From Octopus sinensis (Eukaryota): a stretch of DNA of 64,000 nucleotides. Below, one piece after another: positions 13,122-27,059 of the stretch (its first letter is position 1; each line of letters starts with the position of its first letter). The stretch covers positions 81,282,001 through 81,346,000 of the forward strand of contig NC_043004.1 of NCBI RefSeq assembly GCF_006345805.1, given 5' to 3'. The position numbers and the translations under genes were made by a program. The notes below the pieces were generated by a model. It was not told where the DNA came from. It was given only the letters and a program-made list of their open reading frames with translations, and did no database searches.

Positions 13122-14029
13122 TGTATGTATGTATGTATGTATGTATGTGTGTATGTATGTATGCATATGAATGTATGTATGTATGTATGTATGTATATGA
13201 ACGTATGTACGTATGTATGCATGCATATGAATGTAGGTATGTATGTCTGTATTTATGTATGTATGTATGTATGTATGCATATGAATGTATGTATGTATGT
13301 ATGTATGTATGTATGTATGTATGTATGTATGTATGTATGCATGCATGTATGCATGTATGCTATCAATACTAATGCTTGTTTCTTTACTACTCTTTCCTTA
13401 TCCCGTCTTCGGAATCGGTCGTGATGTAATAGTGAGTTATACAGCATAGCTCTTACTTGGCCTTCTTGCTACTCTGTGGTGTCCACCGATATCTCAGGTA
13501 AAATTTTGCTAATTATTCTTTGAGCCTATCCACTTCTACACCTCGTAAATCTCTGCGAAGTTTTGGTAAGGAACAGTAAATTCACGGACCTTTGACCATT
13601 AAGTTGTTACAGTAATGGGTTCCTACTTTGGACGGAGAAGGCAGTATATTTGGTACTTTGAAGTGACGTCCTACTCCAAAACTAGTGTCCTAGACATACC
13701 ATGATTTTCCATATATGCATCACTGCATATCTTTCGAGTCTTCTCTCCACATATCATTCGAATTTTTTTTTACCTATGGATCTCTTTGATTGCTGTTTTC
13801 GTGGGGCAGGGCCTCATATTCATTCGATGTTTTTAAAAATTCCATTATAGGTTTTATGATTAAATAATATAATAAATTGTATAAAGAAATTGTTAAAATA
13901 CATTGAGCTGTGTACAAATATATTCCATTTATTTCTCATAAATTTATCAATATCTTATATGGATCTCGAATCATACGTCCCCCGAGATCATATGAGCCCC
14001 CAAGAGTCATACGTAGATCGGTTGAGGAC

Positions 14030-14390
14030 CACTGTTCTATGGAATAGAGCCTCGCTTCTTTTAGCCCTTCATGTCGTCCATCTGTTGGGTAGGGGCTACT
14101 TGGTATAGTGTCACTGGATTGCCTCAGCCCTGCTGTTAATTTACGCTTTGAAGTTACCAGAATTGGGGGCAGTAATCTAGTTGAATGAAAGCACATGTTC
14201 TTCGTAAGAGCAACATGTTATCCTTTTCCTGTGTTCTGAAACATCTTAAAAACCAGGCATTCAGTCGCAGGCACATTGTTACCATCGTAGTTGTAACTAC
14301 ACGAAACCTTTCATTACCTTTCCTGTGGATTTCCAGGTGAAGCACTGATTCTAACTCTGGGATTGCAATATCAAGTAGTCATATGTATTC
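14030..14390 (-). mobile_element. CR1-clade RT C-terminal fragment
   Basis: AWFLRCFRTQEKDNML..IQLDYCPQFW, similar to the copy at 29185. Confidence 0.6.
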
Positions 14391-14659
14391 TGGCTGCAAT
14401 CTGTTTAGTGGGGTCGATGGTGGAGTGCTTGTGACTTGTCAGTATTAAATTGCCTATTGTTTTCGTCAACACCCTTGTATACAAACGGATAGATAAGACA
14501 GAGTTGGTAAACCTTAAATAACCCTGTTCAATCTGAATGTAAATGTGTTTAATGAAACAACTGAAAAATTGAACGCAAAAATAATCTTCAGCTTAGAAGC
14601 CAAAAGCTAAGTTCTGTTAATGTTTAAATAAGGTCTTGTTTAATAACCTTTATACTTAC

Positions 14660-15050
14660 TTGTATTTGTACTTGTGGCGACATTCACCCTGGGCGGGTTG
14701 AGTCGGCTTCTTCTATTGAAAGAAGTTTCGTGGGAATATGTGGATTTCACAAGCGGTCCCCAACAATCCCGCATGTGGAGACATCCTGTTTGCCACAGAT
14801 TGTCCGCAGACGCAGGGACAGAACGACCGAGGAGCCGCCGGTTGCCGAAACAGACACTCCGAGGATTTTCACCAGAGCCCCGTCTGCCGGGTTGTGGCCA
14901 TAATACCACTCGGTGTCAGACCAATCCGCCTTGGGTGGCCCTACCAGGAACCGAAGTTCCCGACGGAATAGCTCTGACACTACCCGTTGCCAGCATCCCC
15001 ACCACGGTGGGGAGGGAATGGACTTTGGGGACGCTTTATACTTTATACTA
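14660..15050 (+). mobile_element. Probable 5' UTR of an RTE-type LINE
   Basis: GC-rich island with GTGGCCCTACCAGGAACC..ATAGCTCT, recalled as typical of RTE 5' UTRs; no coding remnant. Confidence 0.4.
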
Positions 15051-15214
15051 TATGCGTAGGGCCTGAGATTTTGGGTGGGTGAAGGTGGGCTAATCGATTA
15101 CATTAACTCCAGTACTCAACTGTTACTTATTTTATCGACTCCTCCCCCTCCACCCACGGTTGAAAGGCAAAATCTGCATCGCAGAATTTTAACTCAGAAC
15201 GTTAATTATCACAT

Positions 15215-15430
15215 TACTTACATTATTTACATTTGACGGATATTTGTCCCCATCTTGTTTGTTGTTAACGCAACGTTTCGGCTGATATACCTTCCAGCCT
15301 TCGTCAGGTGTCTTGGGTATATCATCCGAAACGTTGTGTTAACAACAAACAAGATGAGGACAAATATCCGTCAAATGTAAATAATGTAAATAACGTACAT
15401 AATTCCTCATCTCTTAAATATAGAACTGTA
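15215..15430. mobile_element. Penelope-like inverted terminal-repeat remnant (~73-bp stem) inserted into a SINE-B-related copy
   Basis: 15220-15292 pairs with 15316-15388 (few mismatches); flanked by CAGAA(C/T)GTTAA duplication; same family at ~42410-42550. Confidence 0.75.
15266..15313 (-). ncRNA. Minimal hammerhead ribozyme motif with palindromic helix III
   Basis: GACAC-CUGACGA-A-GGCUG..CAGCC-GAA-ACGU-U^GCGUU; one helix I mismatch (relatives read GUGUU). Confidence 0.65.
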
Positions 15431-15804
15431 TTACCAGAATGTTAAGCCGGAAGAAATGTTGCGAAGTATTTAATCCCTCGAGTTCAAGATTCTGCCAGCT
15501 CGGCGCCTTAGTCTCATTTAGCAGTAAAAGATGTTATGCAAGGAGCTTGAAAAATCCCTAAGGCTGTTAAAAGTGCGAACAAGGGTAGAGAGGAGCAACT
15601 GAGAAAAGTTGGAATAAAAAGGTAAAAACTCGATATTTGTATCGATTTAAATTAAACTTAGAGATTTCAATGGTATTCGGCCGACTGTATTCACTGTATT
15701 CTTCTTTCCATTGCGATAAAACTAATAATCATGGTTTTCACTCAGACGCCATCAAAATCGATTATATTAAAGTACTAGACTTCAATACCTGAACAAAAAG
15801 GGAA

Positions 15805-15820
15805 CTACTACTACTACTAC

Positions 15821-15852
<32 letters not shown>

Positions 15853-15986
15853 CTTCTTCTTCTTCTTCTTCTTCTTCTTCTTCTTCTTTGTTTTCTTCTT
15901 ATTATTATTCTTATTCTTTGTCTTCTTCTTCTTCTTCTTCTTCTTCTTTTTCATCATCATCATCATCATTATCATCATCATTATTA

Positions 15987-16041
<55 letters not shown>

Positions 16042-16046
16042 TATCA

Positions 16047-16089
<43 letters not shown>

Positions 16090-16091
16090 CA

Positions 16092-16155
<64 letters not shown>

Positions 16156-16180
16156 CATTATTATTATTATTATTATTATT
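15805..16180. repeat. Compound trinucleotide microsatellite (CTA)n(CTT)n(CAT)n(ATT)n
   Basis: Direct inspection. Confidence 0.95.
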
Positions 16181-16399
16181 AAGCCGGCAAGCTGACAGAA
16201 GCTTTAGCACGCTGAACGAAATACTTAGCGGTATTTAGCTCGTCATTACGTTGAGTTCAAATTCCGACAAGGTCAAATTTGCCTTTCATCCTTTTGGGGT
16301 CGATGAAATAAGTACCAGTAAAACACTGGGGTTGATGAAATCAACTATCCCCCTCCTCACAAGTTTCAGGCCTTGTGCCTTTATAGAAAGGGTTGTTAT

Positions 16400-16850
16400 T
16401 ATTTTCACATCTCACTCCTCTGGAACTTCACCATTCAAACTGACAGAAAGATAGATGCAAATAGGCCAGACATCTTACTGAAAGACTTCAGACAAAAATC
16501 ATGCCTCCTCATTGATATGACTGCACCGATCGATATAAACGTATCTGTCAAGACCTACCAAAAACTAAGCAAGTATAAAGATCTTGAAATAGAAATTTGC
16601 AAAATGTGGAACCTAAAGACTAAAACAATAGGTGCCCTGGGAATGATTGCAAAAGGGGCCGATTGCTACCTAGCTCAGATACCAGGAAACCCCAAAATAG
16701 CAGAAATTCAAAAGATAGTGCTCATGGGAACTGCCCATATCCTACGCAAAATACTTTTTATGTAATCTCAAGTTTTAAGACAAACACGTAATTTTATAAT
16801 GGTTTCTTAAACATTCTCTAGAACAACACTATATACAAAACCATTATTAT
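16400..16850 (+). mobile_element. R4/Dong-type retrotransposon 3' end (RLE domain) running into a trinucleotide tract
   Basis: LWNFTIQTDRKIDANRPDILLKD..LIDMTAP..KLSKYKDL..GALGMI..LMGTAHILRK*; near-intact frame; followed by (ATC)n(ATT)n. Confidence 0.88.
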
Positions 16851-16854
16851 TTTT

Positions 16855-16987
<133 letters not shown>

Positions 16988-17086
16988 TTCCTAAGGCGGG
17001 GAGCTGGCAGAAGTGTTAGCACTCTGGGTAAAATGCTTAGTGGCATTTCGTCTATCTTTATGTTCTGAGTTCAAATTCTGCTGAGC

Positions 17087-17127
<41 letters not shown>

Positions 17128-17128
17128 G

Positions 17129-17170
<42 letters not shown>

Positions 17171-17185
17171 ATCTATCTATCTATA

Positions 17186-17344
<159 letters not shown>

Positions 17345-17514
17345 GTCTGTCTGTCTATTTATCTATCTAGTAAGAAATGGAGAGAGAGAGAGAGAGAGAG
17401 GGAGAGAGAATGTAAAAGAACCCTGGGGTCAATGTAATCGACTAGTCCCCTCCCCTCAAAAATTCAGGCCTTATGCTTATAATAGAAAGGATTATTATTA
17501 TTATTATTGCTTTT

Positions 17515-17551
<37 letters not shown>

Positions 17552-18042
17552 ACTACTACTACTACTACAACTACTACTACTACTACCACAACCACGACGA
17601 CTACGATGACCACCACGACCACCGATATTTCTTTCTTCTTCTTCTTCTTCTTCTTCTTCTTCTATTTCTTCATCTTCATGTTTTTGTGTCTCCAATCTTT
17701 GTTTTTGTGAGTTGCCATAGTTACGGTTGCTAGGGTCATTTCGCAATTTTTTTAGCGTTTTATGAAAAGATTTCCGTCCTCTTTGTCATAGTCCTTCCGG
17801 TTTGAGTTCACGCTTTGATTGTCAGGTTACAGGTGTAACCTGTATCGGGGTGACAGAAAGAGAGAGTAAGAAATGGAGAGTGAGAGAGAGAGAGTGAGAA
17901 TGACAGACAGGGTGGGAGAGAATGTAAAAGACGACAGAAAGAGAAAAAGTTGGAGGTGAAGAACGGGAGAGGGAAGAGGAAGAATAAAAGCGATGGGGGG
18001 ACGGAAATAAAGAGGGAAACCATGGTAGATGGGTTTACATAT

Positions 18043-18074
<32 letters not shown>

Positions 18075-18099
18075 GGGGAGATAAAGATCTGTCTATATA

Positions 18100-18535
18100 T
18101 GTACTCTCTCTTTACTCTTTACTCTTTTACTTGTTTCAGTCATTTGACTGCGGCCATGCTGGAGCACCGCCTTTAGTCGAGCAAATCGACCCCGGGACTT
18201 ATTCTTTGTAAGCCCAGTACTTATTCTATCGGTCTCTTTTGCCGAACCGCTAAGTGACGGGGACGTAAACACACCAGCATCGGTTGTCAAGCAATGCTAG
18301 GGGGACAAGCACACACACACAAACACACACGCACACACATATATATACATATATACGACGGGCTTCTTTCAGTTTCCGTCCACCAAATCCATCACAAGGC
18401 ATTGGTCAGCCCGGGGCTATACCAGAAGACACTTGCCCAAGGTGCCACGCAGTGGAACTGAACCCGGAACCATGTGGTTGGTTAGCAAGCTACTTACCAC
18501 ACAGCCACTCCTGTGCCTACACAGCCACTCCTGCG
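18100..18535 (-). mobile_element. SINE family A, full length, near consensus
   Basis: Reverse complement of the complete element with (TAAAAGAG)n tail and duplicated head end. Confidence 0.92.
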
Positions 18536-18544
18536 CATATGTAC

Positions 18545-19230
18545 GTATGTATATATATATATTAATAAATAAAACATATGCATATATATATACATATATG
18601 TACGTACCTACCTCTACATGTATATATACACGCATATATGAGTACAGGATATCAAAAAACGTCGAACACAATGAGAAACGAAAACATAGACACAAACCCA
18701 AGGAACTGGACATTTTTCTTAAACAACAAAAAAATAGAGTACAGGACAAATAACACAAGGAATTAGCGTTCGTAATACTCTTTTTCGTTCGGCTTAACAG
18801 CCCTTCTTGTCTTGTTATTTTCTTTGTCCTGTCTTTTACTGTTTATATTTTGTACTGTCGTTACTGTCCTGTTTTTGTTACCCTTTTTACCCCTCTGCAA
18901 AAAGATCTCAAATTTTATTCGATTTGCTTTTCGCAGGAAGGAAAGTTTCTATCGAAGATACGTCTCGCCTTCACCTTCGAAACGCAGAGTAGATGAAACC
19001 ATGGCGACTGAAGAAGGGGTTTTTTCCTTGTGTTATTTGTCCTGTACTCTATTTTTTTGTTGTTTAAGAAAAATGTCCAGTTCCTTGGGTTGTGTCTATG
19101 TTTTCGTTTCTCATTGTGTTCGACGTTTTTTTTGGTGTCCTGTACTCATATATGCGTGTATATATACATGTAGAGGTAGGTACGTACATATATGTATATA
19201 TATATGCATATGTTTTATTTATTAATATAT
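18545..19230. repeat. ~215-bp near-perfect inverted repeat around a ~255-bp spacer (probable Penelope-like inverted terminal repeat)
   Basis: 18545-18765 is the reverse complement of ~19020-19230. Confidence 0.8.
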
Positions 19231-19274
19231 TATATGAGGGAACGCACGCATCCCTTTCTAAGTAAGATTGTTCT

Positions 19275-19314
<40 letters not shown>

Positions 19315-19325
19315 TATATATAGAT

Positions 19326-19356
<31 letters not shown>

Positions 19357-19938
19357 AACATATATACATATATACATATATGCATATATATATATGTATT
19401 CAAAATGTGACCGCGTATGTACTGTTGGCGATTTTTCCCCCCGTCTTCCCTTCCTTGGGTCTTTCCTTTTCCTGTGTTTCTGGCGAAGAGCTCCGCTCGA
19501 AACGTTAAATCCTCCTTCTTTCTTTCCTTTCATGAGCATCCAATAACACTATACTTGTTCCACGTCTTCGCGCTGTTTTCTCTTTGTGTTTTCATGTTTG
19601 AACTAACTATATATATATGAGAAATATGTTACGAAAAGAAAATATAAAATACACGTGGAAATGTAAGGGTAAAATATGAAAAATCAACGAAAATGCATAT
19701 TGCAAATAGAAAAGAGCTATTTATGACAGGTAGTGACAAATATATACATTTAGATTGACTGAGATAGTAATACGAGTCATTATTATGAGATGATTATAAG
19801 ATGATAATAATAATAAAGTAAGAGAACAAAACGAGCCAATTGGTTTACGCGAAGGCTATTCATCGTTTGAACAACACCCATCCATCCATCCATCCATCCA
19901 TCCATCCATCTATCTATTTATATATATTTGTGTATATA

Positions 19939-19977
<39 letters not shown>

Positions 19978-20059
19978 CCAGCATGGCCGCGGCCTTCGGG
20001 CTAAAACATTTTTATGGATTTAAGGATATATAGATAAATATATCTATATCTATATATAT

Positions 20060-20500
20060 GTATATATATATATATATATATGAAAAAAACAAGTAAAAAA
20101 TAGAAAATGCTAAAATAATTTTATAGTGAACATTTCAGTACCGGTTTCGGTCATTTTGAGACCTTTTCAACTGTAACGATTAAATAATTAAATTTAGAAA
20201 AATTAGAAGAAAAGTTTTTTTAAAAGAATATTTCTATAGTAGTGTTCAGATTTAAGTGGCATTCTGCCTTTCTCTGACTCCCTTGTTTGCACTTGTGTGT
20301 TCGAGGTAGTTGTGAGTTCTTGGTAGGGTAGTAGAGGGAAGGCTGGTGAGGAAAGGGGGGTGGGAGAATCTGGGAGTGCCCTGATGGTCGTATTTTGAAT
20401 GGTCAGTGGCGGCTGGCAGTCTCAGTTCAATTCAGGAGAATATTTATATTGACAGGCTTGTTTATAGAATTAGCGTAGGTGTTATACTAAAAAACATTAG
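20060..20500 (-). mobile_element. Penelope-like element 3' end with decayed hammerhead
   Basis: ..QYKYSPELN* resembles a GIY-YIG C-terminus; 20136-20174 reads CAG-UUGAAAA-GGUC..GACC-GAA-ACCGGU-A^CUG (core mutated). Confidence 0.55.
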
Positions 20501-21593
20501 TGACAAACTTAAGGGGTAGGGGGTGGAGAAGAAGAAGAAGAAGAAGAAGAAGGAGAAGGAGAAGGAGAAGATGATGGTGATAGTGGTGATGATGATGATA
20601 ACGATGATGATGAAGAAGAAGAAGAAGAAGAAGGAGGAGAAGGAGAAGATGGTGGTGATGATGGTGGCGATGATGATGACGCCGATGATGATGATGATAA
20701 CGATGATGATGAAGAAGAAGGTATGTATGCATGTATGTATGTATGTATGTATGTATGTATGTATGTATGTATGTATGTATGTATGTATGATGCATATATA
20801 TATATATATATATATATACGAGCAAAACGCACCCCCGTCCAATGGACGGTGCTGAGTTGTCAAACATTTAAACCAAATTTTCTCAAAACAACTTGTCCGA
20901 CCTTCCCATAGGCCTCCCCTTCGAGAAACACTGATTGAATCTAAATTTCAGACACCAGCAAAAGAAGAAATAAAGATAGACTTTTTTCTGTTCTAAAGAA
21001 AAACAATTTTATTCACACAAATATGCAACCAAAGAGTTTAAAGTACGAGTAATGATAAAGCTGTTGACTGAAAGAACACAAACATGGTTTAAATAGTAAG
21101 CTTGGCAGGAAAGAAACACGCCTTTAAGCAGTACAAAAACAATAAAAAATGGAAGGTGTAGTTACGTACAGGTTGACGGAAGAATAGCAGGACAAAAACG
21201 GCTTTATCGATTGCATTCTCACCTGGAATCGATTTTTGTAATTTTTTCAAAACTTATACACGCCCTGATACCGTCGGTATCTATATATCAAATCTGAGCG
21301 CAATCGGATGGAGGATGCCCTTAGATCCTAGAAGCCACACACACACACAGAGACAGACAGAACGGATTTTATATAATATGTATATATATATTCGTATACA
21401 TACATATATGTGTGTGTATGTGTGAGCGTGTGCGTGTGTGAATGTGTATGTGTAAAAACAATAGGTGTTACGTGACGGACGAGTCTAAATTAAGTCAGTG
21501 AATAGATGGCACATACTTACACAGGTGCATCCGAGTAGTCAAAGCCTGGTTTAATTGTAGCACACGCAGACTCACACACCTACGCAACCTCAA

Positions 21594-21630
<37 letters not shown>

Positions 21631-21636
21631 GGCAAG

Positions 21637-21670
<34 letters not shown>

Positions 21671-21816
21671 TAATATTATATGCTTATAAGTACACGTTAA
21701 ATCCTTCAAGTCATCAGACGATAGCTTTGTCTTTTAATTAGCCATCTGTACCTCATCGGATTATCGCGGTCTGTGTGCCCTGAGTACCATTCTGTGAGTA
21801 TACACTCTTAAAGCAA

Positions 21817-22047
21817 GGCGGCGAGCTGGCAGAAACGTTAGCGCGCCGGGCGAAATGCTTAGCGGTATTTCGTCTGTCGTTACGTTCTGAGTTCAAATTC
21901 CGCCGAGGTCGACTTTGCCTTTCATCCTTTCGGGGTCGATAACTAAAGTACCAGTTACGCACTGGGGTCGATATAATCAACTTAATCCGTTTGCCTGTCC
22001 TTGTTTGTCCCCTCTATGTTTAGCCCCTTGTGGGTAGTAAAGAAACA
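21817..22047 (+). mobile_element. tRNA-derived SINE family B with 19-bp target-site duplication
   Basis: GGCGGCGAGCTGGCAGAA..GAGTTCAAATTCC..GCCTTTCATCCTTTCGGGGTCGATA..tail TTGTCCCCTCTATGTTTAGCCCCTTGTGGGTAGTAAAGAAA; flanks TATACACTCTTAAA(G/A)CAAG. Confidence 0.92.
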
Positions 22048-22269
22048 TATACACTCTTAAAACAAGAATGAAAGAACCATGTGCCAAACCCAGTGGTAAT
22101 CATTCCAAACACAAGTTTTTATACCAGTGGCCCGTTTCCAGGATTGTTAGATTAACCGTGTGTTTGTCTGTAACGGTTCGATTTGGAGGCGGCAAGGGCC
22201 TTCTCGATTAGTTTGGTTGTTTTTTCTCTCGTTCTCACCAAAATGTGGTAATTTCTCCGCTCCCACGCA

Positions 22270-22286
22270 ATGTCTTTTTCTCTCTT

Positions 22287-22341
<55 letters not shown>

Positions 22342-22552
22342 CTGTCTGTATGTTTGTCTGTCTGTGTGTCTGTCTGTCTGTCTGCCTATCTATCTGTCCG
22401 TCTGCTTGTCTGTTGGCTATCTGTATGTCTGTCTGTTAGCCATCCATCTTTCTGCCTGCCTGTCTGTCTGTCTGTTCGTCTTCTGCCTCCCTGTCTGTCT
22501 ATTTTCCTGTCTGTTTGTCTGTCTGCTCTCTCTCCCTCTTTCTCTTTCTCTT

Positions 22553-22585
<33 letters not shown>

Positions 22586-22608
22586 GTCTATCTATCTATC
22601 TATCTCTC

Positions 22609-22659
<51 letters not shown>

Positions 22660-22766
22660 CATCTGTTTGCCTGCCTGTCTGTTTATTTGATTGCCTGTCT
22701 GTCTATCTTCCTGTCTGTTTTTCTGTCTGCTCTCTCTTTGTCTATCTCCCTCTCTCTCTTTCTCTT

Positions 22767-22812
<46 letters not shown>

Positions 22813-22900
22813 CTCTCTATCTGTCTATTTATCTGTCTGCCTACCGGCCTGTTTGCCTGCCTGTCTGTTTGTTTGTTTGCCTGTCTGTCTGTTATCTATA
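22270..22900. repeat. Compound (CT)n/(TCTG)n/(TCTA)n microsatellite
   Basis: Direct inspection. Confidence 0.95.
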
Positions 22901-23079
22901 TTTACAATATTTTCTGTGACACGATCCTTTCGATCGACACTTTTTCCTTTTTTTAAAAAAAAAAATTTTTCTCCTTTTTCTTTCTTGAAATGAATAGCTC
23001 TACATCGTATTTTGCCCCCTCTGTGTTCGGCCCTGTGTGGCCAATAAAGAAACCTATCAATCTATCTGTCTATCTATAA

Positions 23080-23485
23080 AGGCGGCGAACTAGCAGAAAC
23101 GTTAGCGCGCCGGGCGAAATGCTTAGCGGTATTTCGTCTGCGTTACGTTGTGAGTTCAAATTCCGCCGAGGTCGACTTTGCCTTTCATCCTTTCGGGGTC
23201 GATAAATTAAGTACCAGTTACGCACTGGGGTCGATGTTATCGCCTTAATACCTATGTCTGTCCTTGTTTGTCCCCTCTGTGTTTAGCCCCTTGTGGGTAG
23301 TAAAGAAATAGGTATTTCGTCTGTCGTTACGTTCTGAGTTCAAATTCCGCCGAGGTCAACTTTGCCTTTCATCCTTTCCGGGTCGATAAATAAAGTACCA
23401 GTTTCGCACTGAGGGTGATATAATCGACTCAATCCCTTCGTCTGTCCTTGTTTGTCCCCCTCTATGTTTAGCCCCTTGTGGGCAG
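23080..23485 (+). mobile_element. SINE family B with internal tandem duplication of its 3' part
   Basis: Full copy to ~23310, then a repeat of B-box to tail; flanks TCTGTCTATCTAT. Confidence 0.88.
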
Positions 23486-24039
23486 TAAAGAAATATATCT
23501 ATCTGTCTATCTATCGATATGTACGTCCATTTGTCTATCTTTCTATCTGTCTGTTCGTCTGTCTATTGTTTTCATTTGTTTTCATTTTTTCTACGTGCTT
23601 TTTTTTATTAACCATCTCCCCCCATCTTCATTTTCTTGCTAATGTTGTTGATGCTAATGCTGAAGTTGTTTTTCACTGTTATGTTTTTGTTTTCGGCTGT
23701 TGTTGTCATCGCTATTGTGTTGTTGTGTTGTTGTTGTTTCAATTTGACGGTTGTGTGTCGCCTAATCAGCGAAGTGGGAGGCGAAATTCGAACCCACTTA
23801 ACGCATTTGTTGTTTTCTGAGTGAATTTGTCAACAAACACACACGTGCGCATACATATACGTACACAAATACACACACACACATACGCACGCACACACAC
23901 ACACACACACGTACGCAAACACACAAATACACACACATACGTACGCACACACACACATACGCACGCACACACACAAATACACACGCACGTCTCTACTATA
24001 AATAGAAAATATCGGAAACACTAACACTTTAGCTCGTGT

Positions 24040-24069
24040 GTGCATCTATCTGTCTGTCTGTCTGTCTGC

Positions 24070-24127
<58 letters not shown>

Positions 24128-24138
24128 CTCAATCTGCC

Positions 24139-24173
<35 letters not shown>

Positions 24174-24174
24174 A

Positions 24175-24218
<44 letters not shown>

Positions 24219-24518
24219 CTCAATCTGCCTGTCTGTCTGTCTGTCTGTCTTTCAGTTTCTGCTTGTCTGTCTCTATCTATCTGTCTGTCTGTCTTTCTGT
24301 ATGTCTGTCTGTCTCTAATCTATCTATCTATCTATCTATCATCTATTCTATCTATCTATCTATCTATCGATCTATCAATCTGTCTGTCTGTCTGTCTGTT
24401 GTTTGTATATCTGTCTGTCTGTCTATCTATATATCGTCTATTGTCTTGTCTGTCTGTCTGTCTCAGTGTGCCTGTGTTGTCTGTGTGCCTGTGTCTGTCT
24501 GTGTGTGTGTTGTCTCTG

Positions 24519-24558
<40 letters not shown>

Positions 24559-24784
24559 TATCTTATCTATCTATCTATCTCTCAAATTCTTGCCTGTCTG
24601 TCTGTCTGAGTGTCGTCTGTCTTCTCTATCTATCTATATATATATATATCTATCTATCTATCTCATCTATCTATCTAATATATCTCCAATATTGCCTGTC
24701 TGTCTGTCTGTCTGTCTTTCAGTTTCTGCTTGTCTGTCTCTATCTATCTGTCTGTCTGTCTTTCTGTCTGTCTGTCTGTCTCTA

Positions 24785-24831
<47 letters not shown>

Positions 24832-24985
24832 GATCTATCAATCTGTCTGTCTGTCTGTCTGTCTGTTTGTATCTCTGTCTGTCTGTCTATCTATATATTC
24901 GTCTATCTGTTTGTCTGTCTGTCTGTCTGTGTGCCTGTGTCTGTCTGTGTGCCTGTGTCTGTCTGTGTGCCTGTGTCTGTCTCTG

Positions 24986-25055
<70 letters not shown>
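24040..25055. repeat. Compound (TCTG)n/(TCTA)n microsatellite with higher-order duplication
   Basis: TTCAGTTTCTGCTTGTCTGTCTCTATC recurs at ~24250 and ~24718. Confidence 0.9.
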
Positions 25056-25146
25056 AACTTGGATCAACTTGGATCAATCGAAAGCCTTTGATAGGGTAGA
25101 CCATCGATACTTGGAGGCTAGTCCTGAGAGCGGCTGGTCGGTCCCG
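25054..25146 (+). mobile_element. Tx1/L1-clade reverse transcriptase fragment at contig end
   Basis: [19 protein letters not shown] (xLDQxKAFDRVxH motif typical of Tx1/L1 RT). Confidence 0.7.
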
Positions 25147-25246
25147 NNNNNNNNNNNNNNNNNNNNNNNNNNNNNNNNNNNNNNNNNNNNNNNNNNNNNN
25201 NNNNNNNNNNNNNNNNNNNNNNNNNNNNNNNNNNNNNNNNNNNNNN
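25147..25246. other. Scaffold gap (100 N, true size unknown)
   Basis: Run of exactly 100 N. Confidence 0.99.
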
Positions 25247-26123
25247 TGAAATGGGTAAAACATCGGACGGGATGGATTACGTTGTTTGTTTCGGATCTGT
25301 GCGCCACTTCTGTTACCAAGTTAGAAAAAAAAACAAATAAAATAGTTTTGCTATGATTTTGTAAAGATTTTTGGACGACAGAAATAGAAAGAAAGAACAA
25401 CGAAAACAATTATTTATTTTAATTGTTGGTAAGAACACTCTGTTTCGTTTTGCTACCATATATTACCAAGTATATTGAAGGCTTATTAAGTCAATATAGT
25501 AGCCTACCTGTGTTAGCATTTTAAAAAGTTATCTCTACAGATTTTGTATAGAATTTAGAGCCAGTACTGAAAGTCATGTTTCCTATACGTAAAAAATGCG
25601 ATCGAAGACAGAAAAAAATAATAGCGGGATGTATATCCATATTTCAAGTATTGTTGCTCTTTTATCAGCGCCACATCTAACCTATTAACTACCCATGAAT
25701 ACACTGCTTCAACAGCCACTAAGTTTAGCAGTATAACACAAATGGACAGACTAATTTACATATTAAACACATCCCTGGCAACTGGTATGTACATATTAAT
25801 TGATGGTAGGGACACTGAATTCTTTGGTTCGCGCGGCTTAACACCGTCAACCATATTAGGTATTTTTTTCTTTTAGCGGAGTCCTCTCTGTTGCAAGCAT
25901 TGGGATCGGGGTTCAAGCTTGAGGATATATTCCTCCCTGACTTTCACCATACTTCAAGGTCTTGTGTCCGGTTATGGATCCTCCTGTCTTTCCTGGACAG
26001 AAAGTAACAAAATCAAAAAGATTGAAAATAATTAGAGAATCACCTTCACTCCTCGTTTCTAGATTGGTCTCCATTTTTATTTCTTTTACATTTATGCAAA
26101 CCATGCAATAAGTGGTGTTCATG

Positions 26124-26650
26124 CAGGACCGGATTAAGCTCCACCAAGGCCCTAAGCACTTAAAATATTTTCGTGCCCCTATAAAAGATTATGTAATTCA
26201 AAATATAAACAATAATAAACCATAAAATGAATTTTTATTTTTCGAAACGAAACAAAACAGTAAAAGTGAAAAGAATGTTTATTTTTGTATACTTCCACTT
26301 TATTTATATTTGAAAAAGTTTCCTCCTACTTTTTTGAATTGCAAAGTCTTTGAATCAGATTCTCAAAATTAATCTTATGTAACACATCTGCATCTATACT
26401 TAGCACAGAGAAAGTCATCCCTAATATTATTTTAGCAACTTTAATGTGATTTCTTTTGTGTCGTAAACCATTTACCATTTCTGTGGTGCCCCCTTGATGC
26501 CCTATGCAAATCTTTATTTTGCTTAATCCAGCGCTGTGTTCATGTAAGCACGTGGGGTAAGCGAATAACAACGTTCGATTCTTCTGGAACATAATAACAT
26601 TGAATAAGGCGTCGTTCTCATTATCGCTATTTAACGGTGACATGACGATT
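26124..26650 (-). mobile_element. hAT transposon 3' end
   Basis: CAGGACCGGATTAAG terminus; minus-strand FSVLSIDADVLHKINFENLIQ resembles the hAT C-terminal dimerisation domain. Confidence 0.65.
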
Positions 26651-27059
26651 TATTATTAGCTGGCAGATATCAGCACGCATCGGTAAATAAGAAATTATAA
26701 ACCAGTCTCACACTCTTAGATTCATTAGACCAGCGTAGCTTTCGTTGAGGAGACACAATGATGTTGAATCACCGGATATTCCAAAGTCTCCTTTCGCTAA
26801 TGAATTGTGTAGCAGAAGCATGATCGCTCTTTACCTTTAGTTACCCACATTGCGGATCTTTACTTTTAGCTACCTATATTTGGTTTATCGCGAGGTGGTT
26901 TATCACGTCCATTTGGCTTTGCGTGGATATCCACCCATTAACGTGATAGATTGGTCAAGCGTCCCAAAATCAACTATTTAAGGGTTGAGTTCCCCCTTAA
27001 TTCCTGAGGGCGGTGGGTTTTGCTGCGATCGAGTTTTGGATCTTTGACAATGACAGCAG

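Noticed and set aside
25560-26120. Non-repetitive-looking stretch with short minus-strand ORFs
   Set aside because: No convincing motif in any frame; probably a decayed transposase, but I could not assign it.
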